This document shows, in pieces, positions 1-9,201 of a stretch of DNA of 64,000 bases. Source of the stretch: Acidobacteriota bacterium (lineage in GTDB: Bacteria; Acidobacteriota; Blastocatellia; Pyrinomonadales; Pyrinomonadaceae); contig JANNVK010000070.1 of assembly GCA_031414415.1 (NCBI GenBank), forward strand, positions 7,722 through 71,721, read 5' to 3'. The first letter of the stretch is position 1. Every line of letters begins with the position of its first letter. A model generated the notes under the pieces. The model saw only the letters and a list, made by a program, of their open reading frames with translations, searched no databases and was not told where the DNA came from. Both the position numbers and the translations under genes were made by a program.

Positions 1-126
1 CAATTTTCGAATCGTTCCACCAATATAATCATACAAACGCGATTTCATTGGCTCAACAATTATCGGTACACGATTCTTGGTCGAGAAGACAAGGTGATAA
101 ATCAAATTTGTATATGATTGAGCCAT
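1..126 (-). mobile_element. IS200/IS605-type Y1 (HUH) transposase-like / RAYT-like gene; only the N-terminal 42 codons are present (runs off the left edge)
   Basis: My own translation of the minus strand from the ATG at 126 gives MAQSYTNLIYHLVFSTKNRVPIIVEPMKSRLYDYIGGTIRKL. This is the typical N-terminus of Y1_Tnp-domain proteins. It is absent from the ORF track because it is truncated. Confidence 0.55.
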
Positions 127-140
127 TTTTTAACGCTATC

Positions 141-221
141 GCCCGTATTCACGGGCTAATTCTGAAATTATATTTCCTTCCTTACGGACTAGGCTTTATG
201 CTGACGCACATTATCATGTGC
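141..221. other. Two small hairpins (GCCCGT-ATTC-ACGGGC at 141-156; GCACAT-TATC-ATGTGC at 206-221) just upstream of the Y1 transposase-like gene
   Basis: Perfect 6-bp stems with 4-nt loops read directly. Their position matches where IS200 left-end or REP-type hairpins are found. Confidence 0.45.
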
Positions 222-241
222 TAAATCATTTGCTAAAGACT

Positions 242-916
242 CTACTTCAAATTCAAAATTGCCCAATCATGCTGCAAAGCCGTCTGCTTCAAACGAAAAT
301 CAGGATTGATCGCTACCGGATGCCCAACGATCGAGAGCATCGGTAAATCGGAAATACTGTCGCTGTAAGCATATGATTCGCTTAGGTTTATGCCGTTTCG
401 TTCGGCGTATTCGCGAATCCATTTTGCTTTGGTTGCGGAAGCCATGATCGGCGGAAGAATTCTTCCGGTCGCGTAGCCATTTACGAATTCGAGTCGGTTA
501 GCTGCCCAATCGTCAATTCCGAGATAATCCATCATTGGTTTGATTGAAAAATCCAAAGCACCTGTAATTACAACCTGTTTGTGCCCAAGCCGACGCGAAC
601 TTTCGATTAAATCAATCGTCCCATCATAAATCGCAGGCTTTAGTTTTTTCTCAAACAAATCATCGGCGAAAAAACGCAAACGATCTTCAGATTCGCCCTC
701 GTAGCTTTTGAAAAAAACTTCGTTAAAGACGTTTCGGCTATATAAATCGGTGATTCCGAAGAAGGGAAGCTTCGCCAAAGTCAACGCACTTTTCTTTATT
801 GTCGGCAAAATTCCGCCTTGTCTTTGGGCATAAAACCCTAGCGTATGCACGAGGTTAGTGCTGACAAGTGTGCCTTCTAAATCATAAAAAGCCGCAGCTT
901 TTACATTTTTGCTCAT
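242..916 (-). CDS. HAD-IB family hydrolase (phosphoserine-phosphatase-like)
   Basis: N-terminal motif I FYDLEGTL, length 224 aa, and the C-terminal motif YSDSISDLPML (motif IV-like). Confidence 0.75.
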   Translation of the reverse strand: MSKNVKAAAFYDLEGTLVSTNLVHTLGFYAQRQGGILPTIKKSALTLAKLPFFGITDLYSRNVFNEVFFKSYEGESEDRLRFFADDLFEKKLKPAIYDGTIDLIESSRRLGHKQVVITGALDFSIKPMMDYLGIDDWAANRLEFVNGYATGRILPPIMASATKAKWIREYAERNGINLSESYAYSDSISDLPMLSIVGHPVAINPDFRLKQTALQHDWAILNLK

Positions 917-1018
917 TTTAGTTTCGCTTAATATAATTTTTGGAATAAAATGAATCAGTATTCACCATATAAAACTTTAGAATATAGCAGATTTTGCGAT
1001 TTTTTGATAATTTCAATT

Positions 1019-1795
1019 ATGAAAAGAAACTACTTTTACGTTTATATTACACTCGTTTTTTGTCTTTTTGTTGCCTGCGATTCCTCTGATGAATTAGAAA
1101 TAAAATCGGCGAAACCAGCGGTAAATGTCACAGAATTATTAACAAAAGCACAGCCACTTTTCCGCCAACGCGAAGATGTAAAAAAACTTCGCGAAGCGGT
1201 AAAAACACTTTCAAACGGACGGTCAGGCGAGCAAAGAAATTTTGAACTAGAATCAACTTTTGCAAAATATAGCTATTTTCTCGCCAAATATTCAGATGAT
1301 GAAAAAGAAGCCGAAAAGTCTCTGAAAGATGGAATTGCTGCCGCTCAAATCGCATTGCGTTTGCAACCAGAAAAGCCTGACGGACACTTTTGGTATGGTG
1401 CAAATCTTGGTGAACAAGCTCGTCGAAACCCGATTACTGTTGGGATAAGTTCGGTTGGAGAGATTAAAAATTTGATGAATAAGGTAGTTGAAATTCAGCC
1501 AAATTACGAAGGCGGAAGTGCTTACGATGTTCTCGCCCAAATCGAACTTGCGACTCGTCTGACTGGCGGAAGTGCGGAAAAAGCGGTCGATTATCTCAAA
1601 AAGGGTTTGTCACTCGATAAATCAAATTATTATTTAAATCTGCATTTGGTTGAAGCCTATTTGGCTGTAAAAAAAGATGATGAAGCCAAAAAACAGCTCG
1701 ACTTAGTTTTGAAAATGCCAACTGATCCTGAGTTTGTCGCCGAATTTGCTGATATTATGAAACAAGCGAAGAAGTTGCAAGAAACGAGATTCTGA
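1019..1795 (+). CDS. TPR-like helical-repeat lipoprotein
   Basis: The internal ATG at 1019 gives MKRNYFYVYITLVFCLFVAC, a lipobox-type signal peptide. The rest is helical-repeat-like. The ORF-track start at 950 is probably too early. Confidence 0.55.
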   Translation: MKRNYFYVYITLVFCLFVACDSSDELEIKSAKPAVNVTELLTKAQPLFRQREDVKKLREAVKTLSNGRSGEQRNFELESTFAKYSYFLAKYSDDEKEAEKSLKDGIAAAQIALRLQPEKPDGHFWYGANLGEQARRNPITVGISSVGEIKNLMNKVVEIQPNYEGGSAYDVLAQIELATRLTGGSAEKAVDYLKKGLSLDKSNYYLNLHLVEAYLAVKKDDEAKKQLDLVLKMPTDPEFVAEFADIMKQAKKLQETRF

Positions 1796-1800
1796 ACAGT

Positions 1801-1899
1801 AGTCATTTGTCATTCGTCCTTTGTCATTAGCCGAACATAATATTCTTGATGAAAACTAAAGACTAAAGACAAAGGACAAAGGACAAAGGACAAAGGACT
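1801..1899. repeat. Long imperfect hairpin built from 7-nt tandem repeats ((G)ACAAAG(G) x4-6 on the right arm, complementary CCTTTGT-type units on the left arm)
   Basis: The reverse complement of 1801-1830 matches 26 of 30 positions in the right-arm repeat tract (about 1863-1899). It lies between the lipoprotein stop and the coaD start. Confidence 0.7.
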
Positions 1900-1906
1900 A
1901 CCACCT

Positions 1907-2389
1907 ATGAAACGAGCAATTTATCCGGGTTCATTTGATCCGATAACGATGGGACATCTCGATATTATCGCTCGAAGCGTTAATATATTTGACGAAATTG
2001 TTGTTGCAGTTTTGAATAATCCTGACAAAAAACCGATGTTTTCAGTCGAAGAACGCTGCGAAATGTTGCGGTTGGTTTTGCCGGAAAATGATAAATGCAA
2101 ATTGGTTGTTGATAGTTTTTCGGGTCTTTTGGCAGATTATGCTAAAGAAAAAAACGCCGATGCAATTATTCGTGGCATTCGTGCGGTTGCAGATTATGAA
2201 TATGAATTGCGAATGGCGTTGATGAATCGGAAACTCGAGCCAGAAATTGAGACAGTTTTTCTGATGGCTGACACCGAATTTTCTTACGTTAGTTCGCAAT
2301 TAATTAAACAAGTTTTCACGCTTGGCGGACGAGTTGAAGGCTTGGTTCCAAAACTTGTCGAAGAAAAAATGCGTCAAAAACTTAGCTAA
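1907..2389 (+). CDS. coaD: Phosphopantetheine adenylyltransferase
   Basis: MKRAIYPGSFDPITMGHLDIIARS (T/HxGH nucleotidyltransferase motif), 160 aa, typical CoaD throughout. Confidence 0.95.
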   Translation: MKRAIYPGSFDPITMGHLDIIARSVNIFDEIVVAVLNNPDKKPMFSVEERCEMLRLVLPENDKCKLVVDSFSGLLADYAKEKNADAIIRGIRAVADYEYELRMALMNRKLEPEIETVFLMADTEFSYVSSQLIKQVFTLGGRVEGLVPKLVEEKMRQKLS

Positions 2390-3789
2390 ATTTTAGCTTT
2401 TGGAATAATTGGCTCAACCAAAATTGTTTTAAAACTCGACAAACTCGCCAAACCAGCAACGGCACCTTTTGGTTTATTGACAAATTTTTTCGGAGTATAA
2501 TGGACAGCAACCTTTGGTTGCTCTCTTGCTTGCGAATAAAACGCAGCAAATCTCGCGGCTTCAATCAGAGTTTGGATAGGAATTTCGCTGCGGGCAGGAT
2601 TTCTCACAATCACGTGTGAACCAGTATAATCAGCGGCGTGAAGCCATAAATCAAAAGATTTTGCGACGCGGAAAGTTAAGTAATCATTGTCTTTAGCAGC
2701 TTTTCCGACGAGAATTTCGTAACCTTCAGTTGAAACAAACTTCCTTGCACATTTTAGAGTTTCGGGTTCTTTTTTCTTAATATTTTGCTGAACAACTTCT
2801 TTTGGTGCAAAATTCCCAAGATCATTTTCAGCAATTGCACTTTCGAGTTCGGCTTGTTCTTTTTGCAAATCTACAATTTCTGTGGCAATTATTTCAAGTC
2901 GTTTTGATAATTCTTCGCGAGCATTTCGGGCTTTTGTGTAGCGTTTGAAAAACTTTTCACTCGCCGTTGTTAAACTCAAATTTCTGTCAACTTCAATCTC
3001 AATTGTCGGTGCGTTTTCGTCAAAATAATCAACTACCAACACCGTATCTTCAATCCTCACAGCATTTGCGAGATTTGCAAGAATCAAATCACCGAGTCGC
3101 TTCCAACTTTCGGCATCGCCATGATTTTCTAAATCTTCATTAAGTTTTGAAGTTAATTTCTCACGTTTTGTAATTTCTTTCTTAATTTTCTGTTGAGCAG
3201 ATTTTGCCTGTTGAGTAAACAAGCGTTCACCTTCAAGTTGTTGATAATAAACGTCTAATGCCTCAGAAAGTGTTTCAAATTCTCCTTTTTCAAAACTTGC
3301 GTCTTGACGATTAGGTTGAGTTTCGCGATGCGGAATTTCGTATTTCGTGGCGATTGGCGTTTCGCGAAGTGAATCAATGACGAATTCGTTTTTATCGAGC
3401 AAAATTAAATTTGCCGAACGACCTGTAAGTTGAATGATTAAAATAAATTTTTCAATTTCGCCAAGTTCATTTCTAATAGCAAAAAATAGCTTCAAAATGC
3501 GTTCGTTTGGCATTTTTTCGATAGTTTGAAGCGTGGCGTTTGAAAGTTTTTTTCGCAGTAAAAGTATAAAACCACTTGGATTTATTGATTTTCTTTCCAG
3601 TTCTTTGATTTTTCGTTTGAAAAGATATGTGCGTGGAGAATTTGGCTCAAGGCTGATAAATAAATATTCGGGCAGACGAAAATCTATCGCCAAAGTCGAT
3701 TTGCTGAGTAAAAAAATTTTGCCGAACAATCTTCCCATTAATTTAGAAGAAAGTTCGGCACTAATATTTTGAAGTGTTAATTCGTTCAC
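2386..3789 (-). CDS. NFACT-family protein (RqcH / fibronectin-binding protein A-like, with DUF814/NFACT-R)
   Basis: NFACT-N-like N-terminus, a central coiled coil, and a C-terminal GYEILVGKAAKDNDYLTFRVAKSFDLWLHAADYTGSHVIVRNP segment typical of DUF814. Confidence 0.8.
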   Translation of the reverse strand: MNELTLQNISAELSSKLMGRLFGKIFLLSKSTLAIDFRLPEYLFISLEPNSPRTYLFKRKIKELERKSINPSGFILLLRKKLSNATLQTIEKMPNERILKLFFAIRNELGEIEKFILIIQLTGRSANLILLDKNEFVIDSLRETPIATKYEIPHRETQPNRQDASFEKGEFETLSEALDVYYQQLEGERLFTQQAKSAQQKIKKEITKREKLTSKLNEDLENHGDAESWKRLGDLILANLANAVRIEDTVLVVDYFDENAPTIEIEVDRNLSLTTASEKFFKRYTKARNAREELSKRLEIIATEIVDLQKEQAELESAIAENDLGNFAPKEVVQQNIKKKEPETLKCARKFVSTEGYEILVGKAAKDNDYLTFRVAKSFDLWLHAADYTGSHVIVRNPARSEIPIQTLIEAARFAAFYSQAREQPKVAVHYTPKKFVNKPKGAVAGLASLSSFKTILVEPIIPKAKI

Positions 3790-5153
3790 AATTCCCGAAC
3801 GACTACTGTTCCTGATAGCAAATCGTGTGCGGCACGGCGATCGTCATTAAAAAATATTGCTAAAAATCCGATTCCGCCAAGTGCCAACGAGAGCAAATAG
3901 ACCGAACTGCTAATCGCGGATTGATTAAATGATGGAAAATCGCTATCAGTTGCGTTGATTACTTCGAGCGAAAACAGACGCATTCCCAGAGTTTTACCAT
4001 AAATTCCGATAGTAATTGTCAAATATGAAAACATTACAACTGAAAAAACACCTAAAAATCCGAAAAAGCCTTCCATTGTAAAAAGATTTTTCCCGATTAA
4101 CACAAGCGGTGATAACAGAATAACACTCAAAAATGCACCAATAATCAAATCAAAAAGTGCTGAATTTACACGCATTGCAAATGGTGGAATGTCGTCATTT
4201 TCTAACGATTCAGTATTTTCGAGAGGTTTAGAAATCTCTACAATTTTTGCATCATCTTTAATCAAAATTTCTTCAAGCATTTCGCCATTTGAAAAAACTT
4301 TGCCTAAACTTGAAGAAACTTTCGCTGGAATCAAAGCTGGAAGTTTGTTTGTTTTAATTCTTTCAATTTTTGGTCGCATTGAAAGCGGAGTGTTTGCTTG
4401 ATTTACCAAATCGCTTTCTTCAACCCTAATCATTCGCGGAGCTTTATTTACAACTACTTCATTTAATTCACCGTTTAAATTGTTGTAATTATTAAAGTTA
4501 TTTGCTTCAAATGTTGAACTTGGTTGTTCTTCAATGTGGGTTTTATTTTGAACAATATGAAATGGTTTTGCTTGAACCTGAGCTAAAACAGGTTGCTGAA
4601 TTTTCTGTTCAATTACTTTTGTCGATTCGAGAAATTCGTATTTTTGTCGTGATTTTTCAATCCGTTGCATTGCCAAATCTAATAACGGATTTGCAGAAAT
4701 TTTCGGTTCGCTTCGCTCATAAACATCAACTGCGAGAGCATTTGCACCTCTTGTCGAAACAGCTCGTCGTTTGGTTATAATCGGTTTTGGCAAACTAGCA
4801 GTTTGAATATCTTTGCGGGTTTTTACTGCCTCTTGGAGTTTCAAACGCCATTCGGGTAAGTTGGCATTTTTATTGGGAAATTCGACCAAAGTTGGGCTTG
4901 TTTCCTTAGTATTTAAATCAGCAGTATAAGATTTTCCGATTGGTTGATTGTAATTGGCTGAATTTATTGCAGAATTTCCTTGTATTTGTGGCATTGGTGT
5001 TCTTGAACTTATTTGAGAAATTGTCGCATTATTCTCGGGAAAAAGCCGATAAATTCCGAGCTCGTTGCGAACATCTTCATCGACAATTAATCCACAACCA
5101 GAACATGCGGATAACAAATTATTAAGTGGTTTTCGGCATTCGGGACAATTCAT
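3786..5153 (-). CDS. Zinc-ribbon / RDD-family membrane protein
   Basis: N-terminal CPECRK..CSGCG zinc ribbon, and C-terminal multi-TM region ending in DDRRAAHDLLSGTVVV (RDD domain signature). Confidence 0.7.
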   Translation of the reverse strand: MNCPECRKPLNNLLSACSGCGLIVDEDVRNELGIYRLFPENNATISQISSRTPMPQIQGNSAINSANYNQPIGKSYTADLNTKETSPTLVEFPNKNANLPEWRLKLQEAVKTRKDIQTASLPKPIITKRRAVSTRGANALAVDVYERSEPKISANPLLDLAMQRIEKSRQKYEFLESTKVIEQKIQQPVLAQVQAKPFHIVQNKTHIEEQPSSTFEANNFNNYNNLNGELNEVVVNKAPRMIRVEESDLVNQANTPLSMRPKIERIKTNKLPALIPAKVSSSLGKVFSNGEMLEEILIKDDAKIVEISKPLENTESLENDDIPPFAMRVNSALFDLIIGAFLSVILLSPLVLIGKNLFTMEGFFGFLGVFSVVMFSYLTITIGIYGKTLGMRLFSLEVINATDSDFPSFNQSAISSSVYLLSLALGGIGFLAIFFNDDRRAAHDLLSGTVVVREL

Positions 5154-5295
5154 ATTTCGATAAAATCAGCGGTTAGAAGGTATTTAAGAATGTGTTTGAT
5201 GAACTAAACTTCCGAAATACTATCAGAAACTACTTTAAGTCGTCAACTGTAAAAGCTACAAAGAAAAGACTTCATTGATCTTAAAATTGAAAATA

Positions 5296-6000
5296 TTAAA
5301 TGTCGTCAGTAATGCGAATCATCTTTGGCATTTCCATTTCGCCATTTTCGGCATAAGAAGTTGTTGTCGAAAGCCTGATTTCTGTCTGCATTAAGGAATA
5401 GTCCGGCGAATGATTTGGGTTTAATTCTTCGGGCGGAATAAACGATGGAACTTCGTAACGTTCGCCTTGCGACGTATCTTTTCTGACTAAATCAGCAATA
5501 TCGCCTAAATCGACAAAAAAATCAGCGACATCTATTAAACGTGGAGCCGTGTTAGAACGAAAACCAGCAATTTCAACCCGACAACCTTTGTAAGCTACTG
5601 CGTTTATTGCATATACAAAATCTTCATCGCCTGAAACTAAAACAGCAGTATCATATTTATCGGCTAAAGAAAGCATATCGACAGCTATTTCAACGTCTAA
5701 ATTTGCTTTGCGTGTGCCATCGTAAAAAGTTTTAAGTTCTTTCTGGACAACACGAAAACCATTGCGACGCATCCACAACAAAAAACCTTGTTGACGTTCG
5801 GCACCAACGTCAACTCCAGTGTAAAAAAATGCCCGCAAGAGTCTGCCGTCTCCAAGCAAAAGTCTCAAAAGTTTATTGTAATCAATATCAAGATTGTGAA
5901 AACGAGCCGCGTGAAATAAATTATTTCCATCGATAAAAACTGCGACACGTCCACGATTTCCGAGTTGCCAAGAAACACTCGTCGTCGGGTCAAACTGCAT
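5296..6000 (-). CDS. NYN-domain (LabA/DUF88-like) predicted RNase
   Basis: VAVFIDGNNLFHAARF ... AVLVSGDEDFVYAI motifs, typical of LabA-like NYN domains. Confidence 0.8.
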   Translation of the reverse strand: MQFDPTTSVSWQLGNRGRVAVFIDGNNLFHAARFHNLDIDYNKLLRLLLGDGRLLRAFFYTGVDVGAERQQGFLLWMRRNGFRVVQKELKTFYDGTRKANLDVEIAVDMLSLADKYDTAVLVSGDEDFVYAINAVAYKGCRVEIAGFRSNTAPRLIDVADFFVDLGDIADLVRKDTSQGERYEVPSFIPPEELNPNHSPDYSLMQTEIRLSTTTSYAENGEMEMPKMIRITDDI

Positions 6001-6102
6001 AAAAACCTTTTAAAAATACGAAAAAATTAAATAAAAAAATAAAAATATTAACTAATATTAGTCTGCCTTTTCAGTATAAATCAGTCAAACGAACTACTCT
6101 AA

Positions 6103-9048
6103 TTACTTAGTTCGTTTAACTTTGATAACCTTTTTTCGTTTCTTAAAATCGCCAGGACTTGACGAATTAGATTTTCGCTTTTCGGTTTTCGCAAAAGTTG
6201 AAAAGAATTTTTTCGGTGCGTCATCGCCATCACGATTTTCGCGACTAAAAGGTTTGTCTCGGCTTTCAAAACGGTCGCCGCCAAAACTTCTACCGCCACG
6301 ATTATCATCGCGATCACGATTAAAACTTGGTCTCTCACCGCTAAAACTTCGGTCACGACCTTCAGGTCTGTCACGATTAAAACTCGGTCTGTCGCCACCA
6401 AAACTCCTATCGCGATTTGCCGGACGATCACGGTCGCCGCTAAAACTTCGGTCACGACCTTCAGGTCTATCACGTGTAAAACTTGGTCTTTCGCCGCCAA
6501 AACTTCTATCACGATTTGCCGGACGATCACGGTCGCCGCCGAAATTTCTATCGCGACTTTCAGGTCTATCACGATTAAAACTTGGTCTGTCTCCGCCGAA
6601 ACTTCGGTCGCGGCTTTCAGGTCTGTCACGATTAAAACTCGGTCTCTCGCCGCCAAAATTTCTATCGCGACTCGCTGGACGATCACGGTCTCCGCCAAAA
6701 CTTCGGTCGCGGCTTTCAGGTCTATCACGATTAAAACTTGGTCTGTCGCCACCGAAACTTCGGTCGCGACTTTCAGGTCTGTCACGATTAAAACTTGGTC
6801 TGTCGCCACCAAAATTTCTATCACGATTTTCTGGTTTTGGAGCAAAATCTCGTCTCGGGCGTTCTTCGCGGATTTCGTCAGACGGCGATGCATCTTCAGC
6901 CAAACGAACATTTGCCTGTTGGCTACGGATTTTTGTCGCCTTCATATTAGCCAAAACTTGGTCAACATATTGTGCAGGAACATCGACAAGTGTGTGGCGT
7001 TCGTGAAGGTCAATTGCACCAATCACCTTGCCGGGAACATCGCCTTCGTTAGCAATTGCACCGACAATATCTGATGGACTAACTTTATCGCGACGACCAA
7101 CATCCATAAACAGACGAACCATTCCTTCATCGCGATTTCCGCGAGTTTCAGATCTTTCAATTTGTGGTTCAACTTTGACTGAAATTGGTTTATCGCCAGC
7201 AATTAAAAGCACAGCAGCGGCAGCGACTTCTGCCACATCTTTCCCGCTTTCTTCGGCAATTTCCTCAATCAATGACAAGTGAAATTCCAACTCATCGTGT
7301 TCCAAAGTTTTTAGAATTCTTTCTTTCAAAAGTGCCACGCGACGAGCGGCAATATCAGCTTTTGTCGGTAATTTGAGTGGTTCAATTCGCTGTTTTGTAA
7401 ACCGTTCAATGTCGCTTTTCATTCGTTGCTGGCGAGGCGTAACTAATAAAATTGCTCTGCCTTCGCGTCCCGCACGACCTGTTCTGCCAATGCGATGAAC
7501 ATAATTTTCGACATCGCTCGGCATATCATAATTGATAACTGATGTGATTCGGTCAACGTCGAGTCCGCGAGCCGCAACGTCAGTCGCAATCACGATTTCG
7601 ACTTGTCCGGCACGCAGTTTTTTGATAACAGATTCGCGTTGTGCTTGGCTCATATCGCCGTGCATTGCCTCAGCCGAATATCCGCGTGCTTGAAGTTTGT
7701 CAGCAAGATTTGCGGCACCGAGTTTTGTCCGGTGGAATATTAAAACTGCTTCGCCTGACGTTGATTCAATTTCTAAAAGTCGTGTTAAAACATCAGATTT
7801 TTGTCCTTCAGAAACGTTCAGATAGAATTGCGAAATCAGAGGCACATCCATTAATTTTTGTTCAATTTGGATATTTACCGCATCTTTCAAATAACGTTCC
7901 GCGATTCGTCGGACTTGTCTTGGCATTGTTGCAGAAAAAAGTGCGGTTTGACGATCTTCGGGCGTATGGCTCAGAATCCATTCAACGTCTTCCGCAAAAC
8001 CCATTCTCAACATCTCGTCAGCTTCATCTAAAACAACCATTTTGAGGTTTGTTAAATCGAGCGTTTCGCGACGCATATGATCCATTATTCGTCCCGGAGT
8101 TCCGACAACGACTTGCACGCCTTGCTGTAAATGCTTGATTTGTTGGAAGATAGCGGTTCCGCCGTAAACTGGCAAAACTTTAATTCGTCCATAATGTTTG
8201 GCGTAAGAATGAAATGCTTCGGCAACTTGAATCGCTAACTCACGGGTTGGTGTTAAAACCAAAACTTGCAACGCCTTGCTCTTTTCTTCAATTAAATTTA
8301 GTGCCGGTAAAGCAAATGCCGCGGTTTTTCCTGTTCCTGTTTGGGCTTGACCCACAATATCGTTGCCGCCAAGAAGCAAAGGAATTGTTTTAAGTTGAAT
8401 TGGCGACGGAGTTTCGTAGCCGAGGTCGTTAACTGCTCTTAACAATTTTTCATCTAAAGCAAATTGTTTGAAACTATTGGTATATTCAATTTCTTCAACT
8501 TGCTCAATTACTTCTTTTTCGACTACTTCTATTTCCTTAACCTCAACAACCGCAACCTTTTTTTCAACTTTTTTTGTAACTTCTGGCGTAGCTTCAGCAG
8601 CAATTTCAGCAACAACAGCAGCAGAAACTGCATGTTCGTGTTCGTGTCTTTTTTTCTTCTTTTTCGGTTTAGCTTCGCCACCGATTTCGGCAATTGGTTT
8701 GATTTCAGTCACAATTTCTTCAGCAATTACGACTTCATTTTTAGTTTTGGTTTTTTTATTTGGTTTTTCAACTTCTTCATCAACGATTATTACTTCGGCT
8801 TCGGCTTTGGCTTTTCTTTTTGGTTTTGCTACAACTTCAGCCTCAATTTCTTTGACATCAATTTCTTTTTTTGCCGTTTTTCTTTTTGGCTTCACAACCA
8901 AATCATCAACTTTCTCAACGCTTTCAGTGCTTTCAGTGCTTTCAGTGCTAATTTCAATAACCTTCTTGCTCGTAGATTTTCTTTTCGGCTTCACTTTTGT
9001 TTCAGTTTCAGCAACAATTGCTGACTCTTCAATAATTTCTGTATCCAT
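6103..9048 (-). CDS. deaD: DEAD-box ATP-dependent RNA helicase (DeaD/CsdA-like) with long disordered N- and C-terminal extensions
   Basis: Q-motif region TPSPIQ, AQTGTGKT, VLDEADEML, SAT and HRIGRTGRAG motifs, plus a DbpA-like RNA-binding domain (VRLFMDVGRRDKVSPSDIVGAI). The frame stays open through about 195 upstream K/E/V-rich codons. Confidence 0.9.
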   Translation of the reverse strand: MDTEIIEESAIVAETETKVKPKRKSTSKKVIEISTESTESTESVEKVDDLVVKPKRKTAKKEIDVKEIEAEVVAKPKRKAKAEAEVIIVDEEVEKPNKKTKTKNEVVIAEEIVTEIKPIAEIGGEAKPKKKKKRHEHEHAVSAAVVAEIAAEATPEVTKKVEKKVAVVEVKEIEVVEKEVIEQVEEIEYTNSFKQFALDEKLLRAVNDLGYETPSPIQLKTIPLLLGGNDIVGQAQTGTGKTAAFALPALNLIEEKSKALQVLVLTPTRELAIQVAEAFHSYAKHYGRIKVLPVYGGTAIFQQIKHLQQGVQVVVGTPGRIMDHMRRETLDLTNLKMVVLDEADEMLRMGFAEDVEWILSHTPEDRQTALFSATMPRQVRRIAERYLKDAVNIQIEQKLMDVPLISQFYLNVSEGQKSDVLTRLLEIESTSGEAVLIFHRTKLGAANLADKLQARGYSAEAMHGDMSQAQRESVIKKLRAGQVEIVIATDVAARGLDVDRITSVINYDMPSDVENYVHRIGRTGRAGREGRAILLVTPRQQRMKSDIERFTKQRIEPLKLPTKADIAARRVALLKERILKTLEHDELEFHLSLIEEIAEESGKDVAEVAAAAVLLIAGDKPISVKVEPQIERSETRGNRDEGMVRLFMDVGRRDKVSPSDIVGAIANEGDVPGKVIGAIDLHERHTLVDVPAQYVDQVLANMKATKIRSQQANVRLAEDASPSDEIREERPRRDFAPKPENRDRNFGGDRPSFNRDRPESRDRSFGGDRPSFNRDRPESRDRSFGGDRDRPASRDRNFGGERPSFNRDRPESRDRSFGGDRPSFNRDRPESRDRNFGGDRDRPANRDRSFGGERPSFTRDRPEGRDRSFSGDRDRPANRDRSFGGDRPSFNRDRPEGRDRSFSGERPSFNRDRDDNRGGRSFGGDRFESRDKPFSRENRDGDDAPKKFFSTFAKTEKRKSNSSSPGDFKKRKKVIKVKRTK
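6300..6835. repeat. In-frame tandem repeats of 57 and 42 nt encoding about 10 copies of RDR(S/N)FGG(D/E)RPSFNRDRPE(S/G) / RDRSFGGDRDRPA(S/N)
   Basis: Read from the DeaD C-terminal translation. The repeats also create spurious long ORFs in the other frames. Confidence 0.9.
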
Positions 9049-9201
9049 AATATTTGTCTGCTTGATAATTTTATTTAATAATTACACTGATTGTTGATTA
9101 GCAATCGTAATGCTAAAAGGAAGAGTGTAACTTTCAATTGTATAGATAAAAGGTTTTAGAGCATAATTAAAGACGCAGATTTCCTAAAATTTTATAAAAA
9201 A

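Noticed and set aside
242-916. HAD motif I reads DLEGT instead of DxDxT (Asp+2 replaced by Glu)
   Set aside because: This is a conservative acidic substitution in a large and diverse family. On its own it is not evidence of altered chemistry without an alignment.
6087-6117. Hairpin AAACGAACT..AGTTCGTTT spanning the deaD stop codon as a terminator
   Set aside because: No U-run follows it on the transcribed (minus) strand, and it overlaps the last codons. At best it is a weak structure.
6099-7006. Two long ORFs (270 aa on the minus strand, 294 aa on the plus strand) overlapping the deaD 3' region
   Set aside because: They lie entirely within the 57/42-nt tandem repeats. Their translations are monotonous repeat peptides (LKVATEV.., LSPPKLRSRLSG..). 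They are frame-shifted or antisense readings of the DeaD RDRSFGG repeats, not independent genes.
8464-9097. Plus-strand ORFs of 186 and 209 aa antisense to the deaD 5' region
   Set aside because: These are Phe/Ser-rich low-complexity products, as expected from the antisense of a Lys/Glu-rich coding sequence. They have no start context or recognisable domain.
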